In this document: positions 1 to 13,233 of the stretch, piece after piece
Position numbering within the stretch: position 1 is the stretch's first letter
How the letters are laid out: every line of letters starts with the position of its first letter
Source: Amoeboaphelidium protococcarum X5
Taxonomy: Eukaryota; Fungi; Aphelidiomycota
DNA: 64,000 bases
Assembly (NCBI GenBank): GCA_023515725.1
Contig: JALDTO010000179.1
Location: forward strand, 62,001 to 126,000
Direction: 5' to 3'
The notes under the pieces: generated by a model
Told to the model about the DNA's origin: nothing
Databases searched by the model: none
The model's input: the letters and a program-made list of their open reading frames with translations, nothing else
Program-made: the position numbers and the translations under genes

Positions 1-215
1 GTAACCATACTAACTTGTAGATCTCTGCGATTCAGAACAGCGGTAAGTTATTCGAAAATATGATCTCAAGTTATAAAAGAACAAGCTATAGCAGAACAGA
101 ACAGAACAGAACCGAGACACAGAGGTCAGTATAAGTATAAACCGCGGGGAGAGGGTGAAATAGAAATGTTGGAACAGAAGAAGCGCGTTAATTTCACACA
201 GTTTGATATGAAACA
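1..215. mobile_element. Possible LTR or solo-LTR fragment, truncated by the window edge
   Basis: Window starts GTAAC (TGTAAC if preceded by T) and the segment ends GAAACA at 215. Non-coding-looking, with (ACAGA)n repeats and TATAA-like motifs. No internal gag/pol visible. Confidence 0.25.
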
Positions 216-808
216 ACATCACGGGTGCGGCCTTGAGATCGCCATAGTTGAAACAGGCAGGGCGGCGATGGTGCATTATGACTGTGAGGCGCCGATATGA
301 CTACAGTATTAACACCTACCAACCCGTCCACATCTACTTTGATAATTACGTATTCAGAAAGTTCCCTATTTGCACCATTTAGTTGCGTTCTCAACTCATC
401 CTTGTCTTAAGCAAGTGACTGCTTTGGATAGAAACTGAGCAAAGTGATGGCGCTCGATCTCTCAACCAAAAGTTCAGCTTATGTGAGTTGGTGAAGGTTC
501 CCCCAAGAAATCAGTACAGTGACAATTCATTAAGGCGAAAACATTTAGATATACAAGATACCGGACTGAAAGCGTATACATGAGCGTGAAGATAGATATA
601 GAGCCTGTTAGAAAACAAAAAGCTTTAGAAAGATCAATGATACAAAGGACTGATGATTTATTCAGACAACTGGAGCATCAGCACAATAAATAGTTATCTT
701 TTCTCCAGGCGAAATACTTAGTGCGGGACTCCAACACCACTTTGACCACATCATCAGACACCAGACCGCGCTAGCCATGGGTAGGCAGATGAATGTCATG
801 AACCCAGA

Positions 809-1486
809 TCAATTTAGAAGCTTCGGGAGAAGTTGTCGTGAGGCTCTTAAAAAGTCTCTGCGATCAATAGATGAAAATGGATTTGACCTCAAATCTAGAA
901 ATGCCACAGAAGGACAACTCAGTATAGACTTGATGGCTCTATCCACTTCCTCTCGATATTACGCAATCCCATGAATGCGGTTGGACGACAAATCCAAGAT
1001 TAATCCAGATGGAGCAATCAAATTACGAGTGCTCAAATCTTGAACCATTTCAGATAAATACTTCATATCCGAAGACATCAGATTGTTCATTGACATAGCG
1101 ATAAATCTCACTTTGGACTTAGGTATATCACCGCCTTCCGACAACCAACTATGCAACCTGGGTACTGTCATGCGATTTTGGGTAGCACTGGAAAGATCAG
1201 TTGGAACTAGCAAACCACAGGCACGTACGATACCATCCTCATTGACAGTAACAACTTTGCTTTCCATTGAGGGATCCACCGAGCGCTGGTGTAGCGGCAT
1301 CAAGTACCTTTTAATCAAGACTCGCATCAGCAAACGATGACAGGGCAGCACATCACCAACCATGTCATCAGGGTCGTCAATTTCATTCAAGTCCACAACA
1401 TCCAACTCGTGGAAACACTTGGCTAATGCGCCCAATTTGACCCTTTCTCGTGGATCTTTACACAACTCATCCAGAAGTTTAGGCAT
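809..1486 (-). CDS. Hypothetical protein with two LRR-like motifs, possibly frameshifted near the 3' end
   Basis: Table-6 ORF MPKLLDELCK...LILDLSSNRIHG...AFLDLRSNPFSS ends at TGA 811-809. A shifted frame continues as protein-like sequence (SKLIWVHDIHL...). Confidence 0.45.
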
Positions 1487-1742
1487 TGCACTTGTATTAT
1501 ACAAAATAGTGGACCTTACCGCGCTTTAGTGATTGATAAATGAATGATTTATGGCTGAACTGTTTGGTTCTCAATGCCACTTGTGGACCGTCACGATATC
1601 ATCATCAGCAAGTAGTGGGAAGATTTTAACGCGGTTTGATATGAACGTTTTATTGTGAAGTTTATAGATTACTCAAGTCGCATAGATTCGGAATCAAATT
1701 AAAGTAGATGAAACTGGTATAATCGATAGAAAGCATTGAATT

Positions 1743-2438
1743 TCATTAACTATCTGATGCGCTAAAAGTTTACCTTAGCAATCGCAGTTGTAATTAAAAT
1801 CCAGTGTTCGGTAAGGCCTATTTCCTCTTTGATCTCACCAGCGCTAATGCACCATCATAATCCATATCATGCACGGTGATCAAATGAGCAATCACAAGAC
1901 TAACACTTCGCGATACACCAGCATAACAATTTACTAGCACTGCACAGCCAGACTTTTACGCAGCGAATATTATCTCGTTACACTTTTGTATATACTCGTG
2001 CTTCAACTACTGCTCGACAACGTCATCCATCCTGATTGCGGTAATAGTAATTCCATTATCGTCATGTTATGGACTCTGCTTGAGAGGTATAGCGCTGATT
2101 ATATGTCTAATGTTTAGCCTGACTAACAATGGCAAGTTGAAAGCAGCGTCCACAGATCCAACATACAAATAATCTAGAATCTGTGCGGGCTTTGAGTCAT
2201 CGCTTGTATCTTCTATGAACCAGACATCTTTTTACTCTCTTTACTCATCACTGATAGAATTATTATTATTATCAGCGATTGAATTCAAGACTTGTTTTGA
2301 TGAAAATTCTCCAGTGCCAGGCAACTTGACCTCAACGCGACGAGTTCCATCAATAGCAGTGACCACAGTACCTTATTCATTCATTTTAAGTTTAGCTGCT
2401 GCGTCCAACAGCTACTATCTTAAATCAACCTTGGGCAT
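1743..2438 (-). CDS. Atypical dual-specificity phosphatase, DUSP19-like
   Basis: 231 aa in table 6. Motifs PAQILDYLYVGSVDAA, VLVNCYAGVSRS (CX5R) and ALPNTGFQLQL. N-terminal GTVVTAIDG resembles the DUSP19 leader. Confidence 0.85.
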
Positions 2439-3934
2439 TATATTCTCACAGCTCTTACTGTTTACACTGAGATTTAGATATGGGGAATAGATCTATAAAT
2501 AAGTCAATCTACACTCAATCATTAATGCAAGCAGAGTCCCGATATCAGACTCAAAGTCTCAACTTCAAGTATGCTTTTATATTCATTAAGACTTTGTACG
2601 TAGATATGATGACAGGAGGTTAATAACGCGACTTGTAACAGATTCAGAGAGGTAGAATGCAGGTAGAGAATATTACATTAAAGAGTGCAACTTGACACTC
2701 TTGATATCCGAGGCTTAACTATTTATAGAATCTGCTTCAGAATCAAGAGACCAAGTTTGAGGGTAAAATGCAGATAAACTTCCATCATTATCCGTGGAGG
2801 GAAAATCAAAACTGACAGGCAGCGGTTAAGTGACATAGGCTAGAATCAGACAGAATGGTTATAACATACAATATCCAGCATATGCGGTCAATACGTCGAG
2901 ATTAAGATATACAAACAGAGTCAGAATGAACGAGTATCCAATAAAGTAGGCATACTTTTACTCCAAGTACTTGATGATCTAAGTAAACGGGATAGATTAA
3001 ATACTACCAGCCTCAGATGATATCTTCTGCGGTAAGAACGGCTCAAATGCATACAACGAATACAACATGCAACTCTAGATGAATGATACTATTTAAAATA
3101 GAGGCATCGATTAGAATTGCCATCGAGGAATATAGAAGAGCACTTGAATTTAGATCAAGGATACAATGAGAAATACCAACCGCTAAACTTGATTTTAAAT
3201 GACGCGCTTTATATTAACAGAGTTTGATGAAGGCTGACTATAATTTACAGCTTTGGATAGATTTAATTCTGGTAAGAGCTTGGCGATTTCTTGACATTTG
3301 GTCGTATTCAATTGCATAGATAGTAGGCAGAAAGGATAAGCCCACGCCAGCATGAACAATTAATGAGCGGCTGGACTCATCACCGCCACGTTGGTCACTT
3401 GCATAAACGTTATACTTCCCATGAAGAATGCAAAATTCACCATAGACATCTTGCCAAGAATTCGCCAAACTTCCACACAGACTTTATAACGTTGCCGCAG
3501 TCCATCTTCTGTTTGCGGCTGTAACTAATTAGAGTCAACCATGGCCATATACTAAACGATGGGTAATACCAGAATTCGCGACAAGCTAAATATATTAACA
3601 GAATCAATCACTCCATGGCAGAAGCATGTCATTTGAATAAGCATGGAAGTGGTGAGACTCAATTCTCGCTATTACCTCGCAGACATTGTTAGAGTTGCGA
3701 CAATAGTATAATCGGTTAAATTATTATTATTATTATTAATAAGTGGTCAATGTATAGAGACAGTAGCGATGTGGCAAAGGTAACGAAAAGATTAAAGCGA
3801 TCAAGTCGAGATCAAAACGCAAAATGACTGACAGATAAAATCTTAGCAGCACTCAATACTAAAATCAAAATGAGATGCATTGATGATGTAGAGAAAAAGC
3901 AAAATCATAATCATGATAACAATTCACGAAATAA

Positions 3935-6900
3935 TCATTGAAACAACTTCCTGCCCAAGTTGACACCTTTAGCAGCTTCATTCAGGTCATATGAAGAGCA
4001 ATCAAGGAGAATATTCTTTGGAATACCAAGACCTTCTCCATCAGCGTGCACGAATTACATCAATTGATCTGCTGCGTATTGTAAATTCTCATTCACGCCT
4101 TTCTATTAAACATGACTTAGCAATGGATACTGAATACACCTCTACCATATCGCGTAGATTATCATTTGGGTCGACTGATCAGGAAGATACTGTGACAGCT
4201 GTGCAAAGATGGAGTTTAGAAATTCCAATGCATCAGCCAGCAAGTCTAGATCGGCAAAAGACTTTACAATCTTTGGCCACAGCTAGAGAGAGACATCTTG
4301 ACACAGATTGACGGACACAAGATACCTACTATTACTCAACACCGTCTTCATTGTGGAGAACTGGCACTCTAAATCATCCAGTCCTGCCACGCCGAATCGT
4401 CCATTTGCTCCTTCAGATGGAACTCCCTCAGCTTTCAAATAGGCATTTAGTAGAATACTTCCTTATGGCTCAAGCTTAATTTCAATTGCGTGTTACCTCT
4501 TCCGCTTAAATGCAGAGGTGAGAGAAAGCACGCCACGTCCAAGTTCAATCTCCGATGCATTGGAAAGCACTGAAGCTTCAGCCATGTGACAGACAGAGAA
4601 GTTTAGCGCGGGACACTGAGCGATTAGACAATTAAAATCTCCACCATGCATAAAGATGCTATTGTCAACTTGTAAATTTCGAGGATGAGCAGTTGTAAAT
4701 CTGACATTATTACCACTCTGAATAGTTTGAGTTTAAGCAATCAGGGAGCTTCCACTTTTAATTAGGACCACTGGATTGGTTCTGGTACCATATAGCCCAG
4801 ATCGGGGCTTAATATCATTAAGTGATAGTAGTTCTATTCGCAGCAACCCACTAAGACCATCACTGGTAGATCTAGATTTGCTGGCTTTATCTTTACGCCA
4901 ATAGGAAACGATACCGGTGACCTTGGATCCATCCAATAAGTCATACAAAGTCTTGAGATTTCTGACCAAGTAATCGATATTAACAAGACCAACTATGAAA
5001 GCAAACAACTTGTCCGGCTGGTCCTTCTTTTGACTCTTGTTCAACGAGTCAGATGATCCCTTCGTACTACTCCCCAACAAATCCCACACAACAGAAGATA
5101 AACCTTGAGCTGACGCAGATGGCATAGCTTAAAGTTTCTGCAGTTGTTTTTAACAAAAATACTGTAAACCTTATAATACAACTTGTGCCAGCCGAGATAG
5201 TATCTATGCTTCATATACTCTGTCAGTTTCTCGGAGCAAATGGAGAGACTCTTTCACTGAGGTTATAGACTAAGTCATGGCAGTCATGACATCTAAAGCA
5301 CTTTAACTATGATGGCCAGCTGTTGACTGCTGCGTAGTGGCAAAATCATCGGCGCCTATGGCATTATCTATCCACTGGTTCATCTAACGACCAACAGTGA
5401 CCAAATATCGTTCCAGAAATATCACGAACCACCCGGAAGCTGACTTTTCTAAACTCTTGTTATTCTTCATGAATCTACGCCACGACTTGGACATTGTGGA
5501 AACCAATTTCATCAACTCCAATCCAACCTGAACAACTTCCTCCTCATTATTTAATGTCTACGTAGACGCTGAAGCAGGACGAGCATCTAAAGACATATCG
5601 CTGGCCATACTAACTATCCTATCTGACGGCGTCAAGTGTGACAACTATCCGAGCCGCTTAATCTGCTCTTCCGCAGTCGATCTCAGATTCTCCATCTCCA
5701 AGACAAAGAACTTGATGTACGTCTCCAGATTGACAGAAACTAGATCAAAGTTATCTTCATTATTGAATCCTTTACTGTACACGTTGATATCTTCATCAAT
5801 TTCGTCAAGTAAAACGTAAGCAAGTTCGCGCGCCTTTAACAATGCAATCTCCAGCTGATTCTCAGAGCCTGTCAATGGCGGCACGGCCATCTCAGCCAAT
5901 TGATGAAATCTCCCTGCAGCACTTGAGCGAATTAATCCATACAACTTTTCAGTAAACCGAAATTTGCCATTTTTAAAATCATGTTCTGAAATAGCAGCAG
6001 CCAGCTCCACTTAATCTTACTTAAACTCGTTCTTGACACGATTCGGTTTCCGTAATCTAGAGAATGGATCATCATTATCATTATCATTGTTAGCATAGTC
6101 CATAGTTTAAAAGTCACCACTATTCAGATCATGTTCAGCTATTCTTTTATGAGAAGAAGATTGAACTTAGGCAGAACTATTAATGTCAGATTATATCAAC
6201 TCATTCTTGTCCAACATTCGAGTAAGTAACACAATACAGTCTATAGACACCTGGATATGCTCCACTGTATTCTAATCATAGGCTTTAGTTCGCTTGCTTA
6301 TAGGAAAGTATAGCTTAAAATTCTTAATCTGATCAGTCGTATAAACCTCCATCTTCTTCAGCATTTCTAGAACGATCGGCTTCTCATGTTCAGGTAACCA
6401 GGTGCTGCCCTTTTTATAAACACTCTAATAAAATTGATGATAAGCATGAAACAGTGCTCTAGCGTGAACTCGTTAATCTTGGTAGTAGGAGAACGCTATT
6501 GACAAGTAGATGGTCAATCGCGATATTGCAGGCACCAACCAGACACGAGCAAATTCATCAAGAACAGCTTATGATTTTTTGGACAGAGTCCAAGCAACCT
6601 GTTTAATAGGATACTCAAATAAATGTTTATCCTTGCCAACGCAGAGATCTCTTATAATCGAAGCTTCCAGCACAATCTTGTACATTGATTAGAGATTAAT
6701 CTTACCACTGATTAGCTTATGTTATAGCTGCTTCAACCGAGCAAGTTCTCTACTAGTATTACTACTACCCTGGCCAGATGATGACTGATTCTAAATTAAT
6801 TACTATTAAGATTGAGGAGTTGTCAATTAAATAATAGAAGCTCGATCATCCGCGAATCCGGTCATCTCAACTTCAACTAAAATACTTCCACTAACCTCTC

Positions 6901-7606
6901 GCTATTTCCATTTATCTTTAGGAGCATCCTGAGAATTAAGCTGGAGTTATTGACTATAAAATCCAGATTTAGCACAATCTCTCATCACTTGTGAATACTA
7001 CAGTCTCACAGCACCCATAAATTCCTCTTTCACCTCCTAACCTGTGATAATATTATCCTTCTCCTTGTGATTATAAACAGTGATAAGCACAGATTACGAA
7101 ATGTCATTGACTGTGAGTGAAACTTGTTGATTCCAACGAGGTGATAGAGAATCATGAACAGGCTCTGTCTAATACCGTTACTACTAGCCGAGATGATCAC
7201 AAAATTCGATAACTGCAAAACAATTCCGAGGCCTTCCTTTATGATCTGGTAGAAGATCCTGAGCTTATACAAGGCGCATCACAACATTAACTTCAGTGGC
7301 GGCACCTGGTTTCCTTTTATCGTTCATCTGACGAGATTTTTAATTCTTGGATTCATCCGGTTCTTCATGTAACAGGGGATATCTACTATCCCAGAGTTTA
7401 AGATATTCAGCCACAATAGGTGCAAAGCTTGGACTCTATCTCTTTTACTCTGCTCTATCCAACCATTTATAGAACGCATCTTCAGTGATAAAATCAGAGA
7501 AACTCAGACCACCATTCTCAAGCTATTCCAATCGAGGTTGAACGTCCTTCTCAATGATAAGAGAAAGTTACTTCAAATACTTTTCAGGAACCGGTTCATA
7601 ACTCAT
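3935..7606 (-). CDS. C2 and Munc13-homology (MUN) domain protein, Unc13/Ync13/Git1-like
   Basis: Single 1223-aa frame in table 6 joining track ORFs 4733-5125 and 5645-6010. N-terminal C2 (LVQAQDLL...SLSPRWNQ), MHD1-like WIDNAIGADDF...HSQSALDV, second C2 (IELLSLNDIK...NPVV...LEPQGSILL) and MHD2-like FVHADGEGL. Confidence 0.75.
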
Positions 7607-8285
7607 AATTGTACTATTTTTCAATTCTAAAGTCTCAATCAATAATTGACTTTATATTTGAGAATGAGGTGATAAAGGAGTGAGTGAGTGATGTTGGTTT
7701 AACAATTTGGAACTAAAATGATGAAACTGAAATCCAGAGATGAAACGAAATGAAGGAAACGAAAAGGATGATGATCAGCAACTCGGATGTGATCAAATAA
7801 TATTATACACCAAACAGCAAAATTTAGATTTTATGCACAATGTAGATTTTATTATGTCAACTTTATTGTTTTTCGCTGATGTACTTTAAGCATTTTCGAA
7901 TTATCGAGTTTACTATATGATGAAAGATCGCGTTCAGTATCAGAACGAAGGTATGGAACGGGTCTCAATTAAAATATCATCAAGTATGCTGAAACGAATT
8001 ATATACACCTGCAAAACGTGAAGAAAACTTTTATGAAACATAATAAAATGATCGCGGTTGATGAGGCTTATCATGATAAATAAATTGCTTGGATACGCGC
8101 CTCGAGTAGTTCATCTGTAAATCAATGAAGCTCAATGTGCTAATAATAAATTTGATGTGCTTGCTATCAGTTTACATTTAGATAGACTTGGTACTCTCGA
8201 TATCCTAATAAATTAAGCTAAGATTTCACTACCAATTTATATCATCTTAATAGTGTCTTTTGAAAAGAAAACGGGGGAAAGCGTA

Positions 8286-9737
8286 ATGAAAAAGGCATTG
8301 AAACAGATTTTTGGCGTTGGTGGAAATGTTGAGCAGCATAAGCAATTGCATCAAGAAAGTGCTGGGTCTGGCCACAATGGTAATAATAGTGGAAGCCGAA
8401 CAACTGCAGTTTAATCCACAGCATCTATTAAGCCTCATAGTACCCGTAGTACTAAAAACAATGGGGATTAGAAATCAGCCAAGTCTTCTGCTAAATCGCT
8501 GTCTTCATCTAAAGCATCATCATCTGCGAAATCTCTAAATCAGCCGAAACAAGGAGCAGCGTCGCATCAGCGTCCATAAAGCCCTGTGCTGCGTCCTGAT
8601 ATGGCAGATCTGCCAGAGTTGGGAACGTTTAAGAACTAGATTATAAATAGTGGTGCAGAAGATACGGAGAATGCATTCCGGAAGGATCAGTATAAGTTTG
8701 TAAAGTCACTCGGTCAAGGTACGTATGGCAGTGTAAAGGAGGCAATTCACTTGACCACGGAGACTCACGTTGCAATCAAGTTGATTCCCAAAGACAAGGT
8801 GCGCAACAGAGAGGCTAGATTGCGCAACGAGTTGCAGATTCTGATGAAGGCGAGACATTTGAATTTATTGGCTCTGTTAGACTGGGGATTCGGGTAGTCT
8901 CGCGTGTACATTGTGACTGAGTTGGCATCTGGCGGGGAGCTATTTGATGTGATCATACAGCGTCGTTAATTCTATGAGTATGACGCCGCAACGATCACTT
9001 TTGCTATTCTGGATGCTATCAAGTGTCTGCATGATCATGATATTGTTCATCGCGATATCAAACCAGAAAATATATTTTTGCGGGATCCAGAGCATCAGGA
9101 TTTCGAGAGTCTTGTAGTTGGTGATTTCGGAATATCTGCAATCCTGTCCGATAGTAAGCGATTCCTGTAGACTGTGGTGGGTAGCCCAGGATACATGGCG
9201 GTAGAAGTGCTGATGGAGAGACCGTATGGTAAGCCGGCTGACATTTGGAGCATTGCCACTATCACTTACATCCTGCTGTGTGGTCAAATGCCTTGGCGTG
9301 GAAATGGTTCATACTCGTCCGAGTTGCAGGCAATCTTGAACAATCCGCTAGACTTTAAGGACGGCGTGTGGAAGCGCTTGGCACCAGAAGCTCAGGATTT
9401 CCTAATGAAATGTCTAACCTTGGACCCGGATACTCGAATGACCGCAGATGAGGCATTAAATCATCTATGGATCCAATAGAATGCAAAGCAAGCTCTCTCT
9501 ATTCCACGCGAACTGACCGGAGAAGAAGTGGATCTCCTACCAGAAGTTATGGAGGGATTGAACGCTGAGAGGAGTAATGTACAATTTACTGATATGGATA
9601 ATACTCTTGCAAATGGTTAGCGAGATATGCACCGTAGATAATCACAATCATCAATGGCCACTAGTGGATTTGGATCCTCCGCTGATACCACTCCATCCAA
9701 CAGAAGTCACGAAAACTTGAACCATCTGGTTATCTGA
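8286..9737 (+). CDS. Ca2+/calmodulin-dependent protein kinase family Ser/Thr kinase
   Basis: LGQGTYG, VAIK, ELASGGELFD, HRDIKPEN, DFG, GSPGYMAVE and DIWS all lie in one frame, interrupted only by TAA/TAG. Ends at TGA. Confidence 0.92.
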
Positions 9738-9885
9738 GCGATGCACTGAGTGGAATACATACCGAGGAACTTATATGATGACAATGATGACAATATAGAT
9801 TAGTATAGACGTTAAATCATGTAATTCATTCAGTAAATGTCACAACAATATAGATTTCTCACAACATAATCCTCAAATATTATCA

Positions 9886-11409
9886 TCAACTGTAATCAAT
9901 GTGCTGTAAAGACTATAGTACAAAGTCAGACTTTAGCTTTAATACCAGAGACTGACAATCCATCACACCATAAGGAATTATGAACACATCCTCCTCAATA
10001 TCGTATACTAGAGATGTAGGATAATTTATTCGCGGAGACACGGTTGAATACTATTCTGACTGCGGCATGGTAAAACTGCCAGATATATGAGATATCCAGA
10101 ACTGACCACGACCATCTTTAAGACGATAACGATCAAAGCAGAGACGTATAAAGTAATTCCGATAAACGCCCACCTGGAGAACATCTAGAGATGATTAATG
10201 CTGAGCCACAGAGTGAACGATAGCCAGATAAGATTACTCTGTAGGAGATTCACGAAGAGATGCGAATTTGGGCACATCACGGAGGTCTATAAACGCAGAA
10301 GATCCACGAAGAGTTGACATGTCGAGAGATCCGGACCTCAATTATATCATTGACGGTAACTACAACATATGAATGTGATCATCTTCATATTCGAGTGCAA
10401 AGCTATTACCGCTAAAAGTATCCACAAAAACCAATCTAAGAGGATGAACCAAGTACAGAAACACAAGTCCATCCAATCCTTCAGCTATCCGAAAGTATTC
10501 TCTATTGGAAGCGGTGGACATGTCTATAGGAACATACATCCAATTCTTTTACTTATAAGGCGCATCTTTCCATCTTGGACTCAATTAGCTTGTGCCTAAA
10601 AATCTTAATTCTACTCCTTTGATGTAATTGGAAGATGACATATCATAATCGTCACTATTATGAGAGCCATAATCAAATCGAGATGATAAATTTCCAACCT
10701 GTATTTATCGTAAAAACAATCGCGGTTTTCCCCATCGTTCACTGCTAGATAAAAGAAATAATCTCCTCTAAGAGTCAGCACTACCATCTCTTGCATTTTG
10801 ATTTTTATCACTGCTGACATCTTTAATGTGTGGATGAGCTACAATCCACCGCGGATCCTCCTATCCAGTGTGATACGCACCAATATCTGGAATTTCAAAA
10901 TCTGGCAGTCTATACATAATCTATATCTCATGATACAACGTCTTCTACTATTATTATTATAACTACCGCTCCTTCATCTAGGATGCGCTAATAAAACCAA
11001 TGACAATAGAAGACTCGGCAGGTCGGAGCATTTTCAACAGGCTCGACACTGTGCCAATAACGCCGCCGCACTGCGACCGCGACGATTCCCTCACCGCGAC
11101 AAACCAGACACCATTCCAATGCGCCATCGTTGGATTCCAATAGGTGCATGAACTTTTACAACAAGATTTGGCAGTCTATAAGTCCAAATCCACTTCCTGA
11201 TCTGCTGAATAGCTGAATTATAACTCCTGGATGGTACGAATACTTTACAGAAATTTGTCATCCTAGATGAATAATTAGAGGTTGAACGATGCATACAGAT
11301 GATACACAAAACTCAGAGCATATATAGAGACCCCAAAGACTATGAGCAATACTAAATTACACGGATGTCTTTTATTTCGAAGAAGCCGCAAGAGACGCCT
11401 AAGAATCAT
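9886..11409 (-). CDS. Type II membrane five-bladed beta-propeller glycosyltransferase/phosphorylase-like protein (GT91/GH130-like), paralog 1
   Basis: 507 aa. N-terminal TM helix, then motifs WNPT, GQEDPRW, KQKNWM, LRGSSA, INYPT and YGVMDC. Confidence 0.6.
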
Positions 11410-11536
11410 AAGCTTGTTGAAATTTAAATATGGGATTACTTAATTGTTAGACACTCTCAGCTCAAAGGCGAGAGGAGGAAGAATTGCAAAAGAGATTAGA
11501 AAAAAACGCATTACCGTTTAGGTGAAACAATTAAAA

Positions 11537-12955
11537 TCAAACTTGTACTTTATATAGCATATTCATCACGTATCGCTTATCAATAGTGAATAGCAAAGAT
11601 TCACAATCAGAGTCGCCGACGCTTATATAAAATACATTCCCACTATCTTGGATCGTGGTTGGGTACGAGATTGAGTGAGATAGACGGCTCTCACTGCCAT
11701 ACGGTAGAGTGAAGTGCCGAGACATATGGCTGAGATGCCAGTTGTAATCTGTTGTCCCGTCTTCCGCGTTAACTCGAGTGAACATTGATATTCTGACAAA
11801 GTGGGAGACATAGACGAGGCTCTTTTGGGTGAGCAAGTGCCAATGAGCCATTGCCAACCAGGCGGCAACTTCGCCATCTTAGTGGTGAATGTCATCCTCA
11901 GCTTGAAGGGGAATAAGCGCTGAGGATCCCAACAGTCGATCACCTAAGCCCAAGTCATGATACAGTATGTGGTTACGGAACATCATTGTCGAGTTGCCAG
12001 TTTCAGTGTCCACCCACATGAGTACCAATGGGGCAAGACTGTACACAAAGAGGAGATTCTTATCGCGTGCAACATCTTTAAATCTCCAGTTCCAGCTAAC
12101 ATCTTCCCACTTGAGATTATGAACGGGCATGTGAAGCCAATTCTTCTACTTCATTGGTTCCCCTTCAAACGGCCAAAGTAGAAGCGGCTCTCTCGATTTC
12201 AATATTACACTTTTTTAAGAGTTATCGATACTGTTGTCGCCCATTTAATCTCTAATAGCTACATCAATCTTGGTGAGATGCATTCGAGCCTCTCCGTGTC
12301 TCTCGAACGGAGAAATTATAAATGCATTCATCCACCCATCTTCTTAGAATCCCTGATCAACTACCCAGCGAGGATCTTCATGGCCAAAATATTTAGTCTG
12401 CCACGTCCTTCGTTCAGCCTGTTATAATCTTGCTAATGGTCGCACCTTAATGTGTTAATCTCGCTCACTATCAATTGATCCTCTACTGAAGTCAGGCACT
12501 GATCCAACCACTTGACCAACAACGACCGAGCTCACTTTACTCCGCGCCTTCTTTGCCATAGACATCCAAGTCCCTATTGGACCACCGCAATTAGAATCCT
12601 AGGATTCTCTAACAGCGACAAGCCAAATATCTCTATCGTATCTTATTACTGTTGGATTAAAGTACGAACAGCCGAAGCGACAGTGTTCAGACAACTCCAG
12701 CTAGTGCCCAATTTCTCGCCTGTCCACTTCTGAGGTATATTCGCTGTATGCAGCAGATGAAAAGTCTAGACTTAGTTTATTTATACTTTTAATAGCACGA
12801 GGATCTAGTATAGTAAGATAGCTCGCATTCCTCATCTTGTAGTCTCTTCGGATTGACAACAGTACATGGATACTGAATAAGATTGCAATTAGCATCAAGA
12901 CCCGCCTAACACTGCGCTAACTAATCCGAAATATCTATCGAGCACTTTGTAGCAT
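11537..12955 (-). CDS. Type II membrane beta-propeller glycosyltransferase-like protein, paralog 2
   Basis: Same frame as track ORFs 11537-11857, 11879-12130 and 12701-12898. TM helix, then GHEDPRW, KQKNWL, LLGSSA, ISYPT and VGDSDC. Alternative in-frame ATG at 13096. Confidence 0.6.
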
Positions 12956-13233
12956 AATACTTAATAGGTAGCACCAACGCTGCTTAAAGTCCCTCAATAG
13001 ATTATCTGAACCGGGCGAAAGCTTGAAACACCGAAAGTCTAAATTGACAACGGCGCAGCTAAACGCGTAATGGATCCTGTCACTCTGCACCTTCATGCGT
13101 ATACTGTACCGTTATATTGAAAATTGGGAACACCTTAACTCAAATGATAAATAAAATAATGACAAAGTAAAAAAATAGTAAACAGAAAGTAAATACAAGG
13201 ATTCAATATATCTATTCATTAGCCACATAATAC

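Noticed and set aside
2520-3660. Protein-like stretches on both strands, including track ORF 3238-3468
   Set aside because: In-frame TGAs even in table 6 and no recognisable motif. Possibly a decayed gene, but not supportable.
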